A DNA stretch of 64,000 bases from Sphaerodactylus townsendi (taxonomy: Eukaryota): contig NC_059428.1 of assembly GCF_021028975.2 (NCBI RefSeq), positions 86,428,001 through 86,492,000 on the forward strand, read 5' to 3'. Of this stretch, positions 55,162-64,000 are shown piece by piece (positions within the stretch are counted from its first letter, which is position 1; each line of letters begins with the position of its first letter). The notes beneath the pieces were generated by a model that was not told the DNA's origin, made no database searches, and was given only the letters and a program-made list of their open reading frames with translations. The translations under genes were made by a program, and so were the position numbers.

Positions 55162-55430
55162 ACAGAATCATGGAGTTGGAAGGGGCCATTCAGGCCATCT
55201 AGTCCAACCCCCTGCTCAATGCAGGATCAGGCTAGAGAATCCCAGACAAGTGTTTCTCCAGCTACTGCTTAAAGATCACCACTTCCCCAGGCAGCTGATT
55301 CAACTGTTGAACAACTCTAACTGTAAACTTTCCCCCCTAATATCCAGCTGGAACATTTGTCCCTGTAGTTTATGCCCATTATTGCAAGTCCTATCTTCTG
55401 TTGCCAACAGGAACAGCTCCCTGCCCTCTG
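55162..55430 (-). mobile_element. CR1 LINE 3' end fragment
   Basis: agaatcatggagttggaaggg..catctagtccaaccccctgct is the reverse complement of a CR1 3' terminus. Confidence 0.8.
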
Positions 55431-55631
55431 GCTTGTCTGTTCATGACACCTATCTCCAGATTCATGAATCCACATATGGGACCATGCTAAGAATTTCTGG
55501 ATTGGTGAGTGTGAAAAATAGTCCTAAAATTAATAATGTAACACTTGGGGTTCCTTCAAATAAATTTTATGGCTTTAAATCGCACTCTTGACTTTTATAC
55601 ATAATCAGATTAATATCTTTGACTGCCGTAC

Positions 55632-56897
55632 CTGTAGTTTCTTTAATCTTAGGAATTCTGTGACATCCGTCTCTTAAAGTGCCAAACAGAGGGTCAGCAG
55701 AATTAACCGTGGAATGCATAACAGGCACTGCCATTCTATGACACACAGTTTCAGACTGCACATGCTCCTTGTAGGTTGCTCCGTGACTGGGAAGCATAGC
55801 AGCTCTTTCATCCGCTGGAATATAGCTCATGCCTTTTACCATCACATCAGGCATAATGTGCTGAGCATCCGAGTTGCAAAGAGGGGATTCAGCCAGGGTT
55901 CCACAAGTGCTGCTGCCCGTGCTGCATCCTCCATCCACCGAAGAACACTGTGAGCTTTGTAGGGAAAAATGGCCTTCACTCTGCAACGATGACATTCGCT
56001 TAGCTAAGTGATACTCACACAATCTAGTGACACTCTGCTCTGCTTCTGGAAGCTTTGAGGAATGGTCATCTGTTAGTAAGTCAATGTTTTCAGAGTTATT
56101 TAGGTCTGTGTGTGAAGACACAGTGGGCACATCTGATATAAAGTTTTCCTCTGGCCCGTGCCCTAAAATACCATCATGGTCGGTCTCATCTTTACAATCC
56201 ATTTCTATTTTCCCAAGACTAGAAGCCCTTGGAACAGTCTTCCCATTAACTGTTTCTGAGTTTGGTTTCTCTACTGCTCCTTCATCTGAAGCAGAATACC
56301 ATCTTTGGCCATCCCTGTGAAAGGCAGTTCTCTCCACATTAAAAGTGCTTATGCGTTGACCCTCTCTTAAGGAAAGAGTGCCCATTTTGCCCTTTTGGTC
56401 ATCAGTTTCAGTTTTTTTAGTTCCCTGCTGTTTTTTCACAACAGCATTGCCATCAGGGGTTGCTTTTGCTTCCCCATCAGTAACCTTATTTTTCCGTTTA
56501 GTAGTGCAAGAATACACCACAGACCCCATATGCAGCTTGCTAAAATATTCAGTTACAGATTTTGTTTCCATAGTTTCCGGTTCCATTTCCATGTTATCTG
56601 AATGAAGAATCTGCTTTGAAGGCACAACTTTTGACTGCAGTTCAGTAACTTTCTGATTAGCTGAAGGCTGCGAGGATTTCATAAGCCCTCCAGCCTGATT
56701 CTTAGTGATGGAAAATTCGGCCTGTGGTTCCACAAGGGGTTGATAACTTTCATTTGTAGACAAAAACACACGTGTGGCATTTTCATTCAGTTTCTGTGCT
56801 GTGGCCAATTCAGAACTTTCAGTCATTTCAGAAGAGTTTGTTTCATTGCCAGAATCAGATGATGATTCAGGGCTATATGCTCTCAAGATGGCTACAC
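55632..56897 (-). CDS. FRMPD4: FRMPD4 penultimate coding exon ([13 protein letters not shown]...[11 protein letters not shown])
   Basis: 1266 nt open frame (ORF 55567..56946); ataCAG| acceptor and G|GTACGG donor. Confidence 0.92.
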
Positions 56898-57203
56898 CTG
56901 TATGCCACAAAAAATAAGAGCCAGTTAATGAAACCATATCAGGCACTTGAATAAAAATAACTAAATGGGATTTGTTAGCTTAAAAATGGACCTAAAATAT
57001 TGGTTCATATATAGCACAGTTTCCAAGAAAGGCAACTTAACATTATGGTAGTTCTATTAGATGATATGTACAAGGTGATGGGAAAAAAAAGTAGAAAGAT
57101 GGAATATTGCCCAAAGGGTGAATGGTGAAAAAGTGAATGGTAAAAAATGAATGGAATTATATGATTTTTTTTCAATGAATAAATGTAACAGTAGTGAAAG
57201 AAC

Positions 57204-58259
57204 CTGAATTGTCACTTGTCTGCTGTTCCTCTGAAGCCGCCAAGGCCTCCAGTGCTTGAAGAGTAGAAACCACAGCATCATCCAGCCTCTTTTCACATTT
57301 TTCTTCGACATGAGTTGGGACAGCATCAATGAGTGAAACAGGAATATCATCACTACCTAAGCAACTAGTTTGCTCCTTGTCTTCCCTATACTGTGCTGTA
57401 TGATTCTGAGAATCTTCTTCGTCGGAGCTATCCCTAAATCCAGGGGGAGGAGCAGCAATGGCCATGTTCAGAGAATGCAACAAAAAGTCATCTTCATTAT
57501 CATCCCCTTCTGGAGGTGGGAGTGAGGTCAGATCAATGATGTCATCACTGGACCCTGAAAGGCTGAGAAGAGCAGGCCTACTGATTTCTCCCACCATAAT
57601 GTCTTCCTCACAGCTTACTTCATCTTCATCCTCAGCATCATCTGTGTTCTCCGCATAGCAAATATCATGTAGCAAAGGCTCTTCTATTCCCTCAGCAGCT
57701 CCAAATATTTTGTTATCACTGAAGCCTGAATACACAGAATTAGCAGCAAACTGAATGCTTTCTGCATCTGGGGACAACTCCAAATCCTTAATGTCATTGG
57801 CAGGGCTCATATAAAGAGCTCTTTGCTTATCTAATGCTTCTGGGCTTTCATCCAACAGTCTCTCATAGCCAAGAGTTTGGGGATTAATGTCATCTAAACT
57901 GTGATCGCCAAATATAAAGGATACTTTTGCTGCCCTTGGAGATCCCTGTGTCTTCATGCTGGATTCCAGTCCTGAGTATGACAGCACAGACTGCTGGTTT
58001 AAACCTCTATTTTCTTCTGCCTCTGAATCATTTTGTTTAGCCTGCTGCTGATCAACCTCACTTGAATGATAAGCATTTTCTATGTATAGATGCCTGTGTT
58101 CTTTTGGGCATAAGCTGCTGTCAGAACCATCTGTAATTTTCTGCTTCGAGTCTATAAACATGTGTGTCTCCTGCTCCCCCTCTGCTGGGAAAGTTGTGGT
58201 TTTTGCTACACAGTTCCACTCAGACCTGTAGAGATTATGCTTCATCTTGGTTTCAATCC
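57204..58259 (-). CDS. FRMPD4: FRMPD4 large exon with an acidic region and Homer-ligand motif PPPGF (57436-57450)
   Basis: 1056 nt open frame (ORF 57172..58245); tttAG| acceptor and G|GTTCTT donor; phase 1/1. Confidence 0.92.
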
Positions 58260-58963
58260 CTAAATAATTGTAAATAGAAGAAAAAAGACAAAAAAGATCT
58301 ACTTAATTTATGCCTAAGTATACCTTTATATTAAATTATTTATTATTATTATTATTAAATATACATTTTGCAAGTAAATCCGCTGCTTAAAACAATTCCA
58401 TTCTGTTGTTAATCTATTGGAAAGTTCATACCCTTAGACTAAGATTCCTAACAACTACCTCTGATTTTGTCATACAAACTTTTTACTGCATTTTAAATTT
58501 CTTGACATCATTACTGTAATACATAAAAATTTATTAAAAGACTGCTCTTCGTAGCTTCTCTTTATCCTAGGATAATTACACAAGTTTTGTGTTACAACTT
58601 GAGCAAGTATCTTTTTAAAAAAACTCTGAAGACTTCCTTATCAAGTTCTATAGAAATCCTAATAGTCTGTAAATGTATATTGAGATTAGATATATATATC
58701 TAAAACAAAAATAAATGCATATCCAAACAAAGTAGACTAAATTATTCAGTTCTGAGTGATACAAAAGATGAGGAAGTTAGTATTTCCACAGTGATAGCAA
58801 CAATGTTCCCCAGTTCACCATGCCGTTTTTTTGATTTGCAGATAAGATTTGTAGTGGCTTTTGTCCTCATGCAGTTCCAGTGATTGGGGGAAAAAATCTT
58901 GTCCAGAGAGCAAATTGATACATTATTTGCATTTCTGTTTATTGTTTTATGAATATTTATTAC

Positions 58964-59102
58964 CTGATTCACGGCTTCCACCATTTTTCTTACAGGCCAT
59001 GTTAAATATTGAGCGCCTGGAATCAACAAGAAGTCTGTAGTATCCGGCTGTTAAACAGGCAAGATTCATAGCATCTGAGGATTCCATTAGCAAAGTGATT
59101 GG
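58964..59102 (-). CDS. FRMPD4: FRMPD4 exon ([46 protein letters not shown])
   Basis: 139 nt; acaCAG| acceptor and G|GTAATA donor; end of the FERM domain. Confidence 0.93.
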
Positions 59103-59141
59103 CTGTGTAGAAAAGACAGTAAAGTGATGATCAATACTATT

Positions 59142-59362
59142 GTCGAAGGCTTTCAAGGCTGGAATCACTGGGGTGCTGTGGGTTTTCCGGGCTGTATGGC
59201 CGTGTTCTAGCAGCATTCTCTCCTGATGTTTCGCCGGCATCTGTGGCTGGCATCTTCAGAGGATCTGTGGCTCTGAGGATGCCAGCCACAGATGCAGGCG
59301 AAACATCAGGAGAGAATGCTGCTAGAACACGGCCATACAGCCCGGAAAACACACAGCACCCC
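59142..59362. mobile_element. Young Penelope-like inverted-end insertion
   Basis: Arms of about 92 bp with about 3 mismatches; 16-bp flanking duplication gatgatcaatactatt (59126-59141, 59363-59378). Confidence 0.85.
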
Positions 59363-61347
59363 GATGATCAATACTATTCTTCTTGGAGAGAACAAGATAC
59401 ATCAATTCAAAGAGTATAAAATTTGTAGGAAAAAATTATAATTGCAGTAAACAAATTCACTAGGGGAATTAAACTGACAGTGTTCTTAAGCATGATTATT
59501 GAGAAACGTCACATTTTTTTGGTGGGTGGTAGGACAAAAAAGTGTGATGTTTCAAAACGCACCAAGAACCAAAAACAACCATGTATTAATCATTCCTGTT
59601 TACAGGTGGGAGGGATTCAACTGCATTTTAAAGATTAATGACTTCTGTCACAAGAGCAATTTCTGACTTTCATTACAGCTACCAGAACAGAAAAAAGATA
59701 CCATATTCTTTCCTCTAGTGAATTAATCAAGTACTTTCTAAGAAACTGGAAAAACAGCAAAGCCTATGATTTAGTATGCATAACAGCTGGATTCTAAGCA
59801 GCATTGTTGTGATACCACTTGCCATACAGGTTTTTTACAACATTAGGAAATAATAAAATGGAAAAGAAACTTCAAAATATATAATTACAAGTGTGAGGCT
59901 GATTCTGCAAAGCCCAATAACAGCGCCCTAGGGACAGTAAAAACACCATCCTTGGGATGCTGTTCTCGCAGCAGTGCCGTGCTCATGCCATTCAAGCAAA
60001 AACGCCGCTTTTGAATCTTGCTTGGGGAGCGAGGTTTTTCAAAAGCAGTGTCTTCCACCCGCTGCCATGTAAACAGCAGTGGGTGGAAGGCAACATTGTT
60101 CCTGTGCTAGCCCCAAATGCCTCCTTACCTCCTCCTGGCTTCCGTCGCTCTGTGGAGACCAGGGGACACACCTCCTGGCCTCCGTCCCTGCAGCTGTCGT
60201 TCTGGCTATGGGGGTGCTGTGTCCCCTTGCCTCCACAGAGCGACAGAAGCCAGGAGGAGGTAAGGAGGCATTTGGGATGCTGCATGGCCGTGCGGAGCCT
60301 GTCTGCCAGCTGGTTCATGTCGATGCAGCCCCACTACTCTGGCTGTGCAGAAACAGCCTATGATTCATGGGAACTCACTGGATAGAAGAGTTCTGTTCTT
60401 CTCTCCCTCTCCCTCCCCATCCCCATCCCCAACGACGCAGAGTGCTGCCGCGACTGGAGGGGAGCCCCGTCGCCGCACCAACGAGGGACGAGACGGCTCT
60501 GAGCCCTGTCGATGGGGCGGCCGGGGAGCAGAGCTACACCTTGCTCTCCCGGACGGATGCCTCAGCGGCGGGGAGAGGCATGCCGAAGGGGCCAAGCCAG
60601 ACGAGCGGGGACAGCTGGGCCCTGTTGGGCCGAGTCCGGGAGGTGGGCAGAAGCGTGGGGGCGTGGGGGCGGGGTTTTCAACCCCACGGGGTGCAGAGGA
60701 GGAGATAAAAGGGAGGAAACGAAGGGGAGAAGGGCGAGAAGGAGGGAAGGAGGGAGTGTGTGCGTGACAGGGGAAAGAGAAGGAAGTAGTGGGACAAGGA
60801 GAACGACAGTGGGGGAGACCAAGTGGAGGAGAGGAGGGGACAACAGGGGTGAAGGTCTTGGAGAGGAAGGGAGGCGGCGGACGGTCAGAGGGGGCAGGAG
60901 CTGAGAGGGAAGGAGAAGCCAGCAGTCCAGAGGCTGACAGGGGGGCTGCCCTACTCTCTCTCCCTAGCTTTCTGCGAACCCTAGATCAGTTGTGGGCAGC
61001 CAGCTCAACCTGTGGTTAAAGCGGCTGTCCCACTTAGTCCACTCCCCGGAGAACGGGAGTGAGGCCGGAGATTCCAGCATCCGGGCAGGGGAAGGTGGGT
61101 TGGCAACCGGGGCCCCAACGGGAACCCCATTCCGGGCGCAGGACAGAGAGGAACAAAAATATTGCTCCAATATTTTATTGAGCTAGATTTGCTGTTGAAT
61201 TTGATGAATCACCAAATCTGAAATGTCCAGGAAAATCCTTTGCGAGTTTTATGAGGTCATTGTGAATATAATCATGTCTTTTGCTCAGAATAGGATGAAG
61301 CAGATACTTTTAAAGAAGCAATGAAGCTCAATCGACAAACAACTTAC

Positions 61348-61530
61348 TTTTACATCTAGAACATGAAGTTCAACTCTAACAGTGGTTTCGTCTTCTGTAA
61401 ACATCTCAATTCTGTTCACATGGCTGAAATCGGCCAGAAGGGCCACAAGGTTTGTTTTGGTGTTTATGACGTGACTGATGCCATATCGTGGTCCCACCAG
61501 CAATGTCACTTCGGAACGCTTTTCCCCCTG
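61348..61530 (-). CDS. FRMPD4: FRMPD4 exon, FERM C-lobe ([61 protein letters not shown])
   Basis: 183 nt; CAG|CAG (NAGNAG) acceptor, AAA|GTAAGT donor. Confidence 0.93.
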
Positions 61531-61939
61531 CTGCAACACAGGGAGCACAAAAGAAGAGAAACTTTAAATTGCAAGGATAGAACAGCATGTGGACTGAAAC
61601 TGACTATCCAAAATCTCAAATAATTTGTGGATAACGTGCTATACTTCTTAAAGGAAACACTTTTCAACCCCCCCCCCCCAAATGGGTGTACACCTCTGTT
61701 CTTTTCAGTATTTTTTAAATTTGGGTTTAACACATCCAAGAACTTTTAGAAAATCTGGAAAAAGCTGAATCCCCATACCAATTTGGATTTTTCTGGCTTT
61801 TTTCAAATATCTGAAAATTTGTGGCTCTATTAAACTCTATGGATTTTTTTTTGGTGGAGCTCCAGGGTGCAGTTTTTTAAAGTGCAGCCATCAAATTTTC
61901 CGTGTACTTTCAGGTGATTTTTTTTACAATAATCGCTAA

Positions 61940-62077
61940 GGCCCTTCCGCACACACAAAATAATGCATTTTCAAACCACTTTCACAAGTTTGCAAGTGGA
62001 TTTTGCCATTCCGCACAGCTTCAAAGAGCATTGAAAGCAGTTTGAAAGTGCGTTATTCTGCATGTGCGGAATGAGCC
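61940..62077. mobile_element. Harbinger-like MITE nested in an older repeat (about 61860-62570)
   Basis: TIRs ggcccttccgcaca / tgtgcggaatgagcc; flanked by taa and tta. Confidence 0.7.
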
Positions 62078-62812
62078 TTAGTTTGGTAATGACTGATTCA
62101 GGGGGTTGAATTTTATGGCCCTAATAAAGTTGGGCCCCATAAAATTGGACCCTCTGACCCAATCTTCATCAAACTTGGGGGTTCCTGTAAGGATAGTCAT
62201 CAGCAGCTGTGCTGCAAATTTGGTGCCTCTAAAAACAGGTCCTTCCTCCCAGAGTCCTGCAAAAATTACACTGGGAAAATTTTGTCTCCGTGATTCTCAG
62301 CTCTAATATAGCTTTAGTGGTATGTCAGTAGTGTATCTTTGTGGAGCTCTGGAAAGACTGTTTTTTAAGCTAGATGCACCAAATTTGCAGTATAGCTGCT
62401 GGTGAGTTTCTTTACATGAATCCCCGTGTTTGCTGAAGATTGGATCAATGGTTCAATTTTATGGCCCCCCAAATGGAGAAAAAATACATAGAATTGGATC
62501 ACTGACCCAAATTTCATCAAATTTGAGGGTTCTTTTATGAGAGTCATCCAAAGCTATGCTTAAAATTCCCCTAGAGTGAAAAATCTGGGGCGGGGGGGAT
62601 CTGCTCTTTTGGATGTGCCTTTTTAGCACCATTGAAATGGTGCCTCTTTATTTTGTTCGACAAATCCAAAAGTACACCCCAATTATAAATACATGTTACT
62701 GTGAGAAGACCACTTTGTAAACAATGAACGATACAAGATCATTTTCAAGCCATTATCAGTGCTATTTGCATGAGCAGTCTAAATATTAGTTGTGCTTACT
62801 GAAGCTTAATCA

Positions 62813-63037
<225 letters not shown>

Positions 63038-64000
63038 CTAGATATTCCTTAGAGAAATTCCTAAAAGTATAAGCTTTTTCTAGGTCATAAATTTAGGAAA
63101 CAATGTACTGAGTTCTTTGTTATTCAATATGTTATTCATATTCTTGGAAGCTTAAAGGAGAGAAAGAAGCTATTCTCTGAAGGAAAGAGCTCTCTCTTTC
63201 TTACACATACATGTCCACATATACACTTTGGAGTGACTGGAATAGTATCAAAGCAGTTGGGAGACACTGGGAATATGGAATGAACTTTGAGACTGGCTGA
63301 AGATGAGGATCACCTTGCCTATTAGCAACAATGTAAGGAGTGGCATGCCCCCCCCCCCCGCTGCTGTCATGTGGTGGCATCTGGGATGAGGAAGAAGAGC
63401 ACAGGTCTTGCAACTGGTAAGGTGAACAGGTGCTCAGAACTCTGGTCAAAAGTTCAGATCATAACTCTGGAGGACAAGGCACAGGAAAGCATTCAAAAAT
63501 ATAATTTCCAATAGTTACAGTGCTGGACAAAGAAGTTCAGCTCATCTAAAACTGCTTGCTTCTGTGAAAATGCAAAAGAACAGAGGAGTTGAAAGGTAGA
63601 GCAGATAACAAATAAGGCAGAAGTCACACATACCATGTGGTTTAGATGGAGAACAGGAAAAAGGGAAGATGTTAATGGAATTAGTGAAATAAAAGTGGTT
63701 TATCTCCCTATTTGTCTTTCCCAGTTTCCTCCTCTGCTACACATCACCAGCATTTAGGGTTTGCATTTGCATCTCCAGCCTCAATTAATAGTGCTGAGGA
63801 GCAAGAACTTCAGGCTGATTCCATGCACTAGTCTGCATTCAGTATCAGCCTCTTTGCTTTGTCAGCCAGCTATTCTTAAATCCCACTGGTAAATCTGGAT
63901 CCTTGGTGGGGACTTATAAGAACTTCAGATGCTCACCTTCTCTGTCCCTCACTGAGACTTACCCCACTTCTCTCTCTCTCTTCTACCCACAACTTTTTTT

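Noticed and set aside
60345-61186. Several G/R/P-rich ORFs
   Set aside because: Expected from GC bias; no splice-compatible link to FRMPD4
63925-64000. Donor-like motifs (GGTAAGT, GGTGAGC on the minus strand) as the end of an upstream FRMPD4 exon
   Set aside because: The adjacent sequence is a GA repeat and does not translate into FERM-domain sequence

Overview
Vertebrate genomic DNA, almost certainly a squamate and probably a gecko, judging from the Squam3-like and Sauria SINEs, a SPIN MITE and squamate-type Penelope ends. Two protein-coding genes lie on the minus strand in the order known from other amniotes. One is the complete 7-exon PRPS2 gene (CDS 40481->7411, 957 nt, 318 aa; all junctions GT-AG and in phase) with a CpG-island promoter. 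The other is the last six coding exons of FRMPD4/Preso (62956->52768). The rest is intron and intergenic DNA rich in transposon relics (CR1, L2, RTE, RTE-X-like, Penelope, Helitron, hAT, Tc1/pogo, Harbinger-like, and an Ngaro-like tyrosine-recombinase retrotransposon). Most notable observations: (1) a 5-nt tandem splice acceptor that toggles the FRMPD4 C-terminus between a PDZ ligand (ETTV*) and a 450-aa extension; (2) a 9-nt tandem donor in PRPS2 that adds VCE; (3) Penelope-derived hairpins carrying hammerhead-ribozyme cores, one inserted next to a likely FRMPD4 branch point; (4) a degenerate Ngaro-like element with gag, YR and SGNH remnants; (5) an intronic duplication with a 39-bp templated insert and an empty/filled MITE site; (6) a candidate divergent promoter about 1 kb upstream of PRPS2. 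I found no evidence of a wholly new gene system. Repeat family names come from recalled motifs, not database searches.
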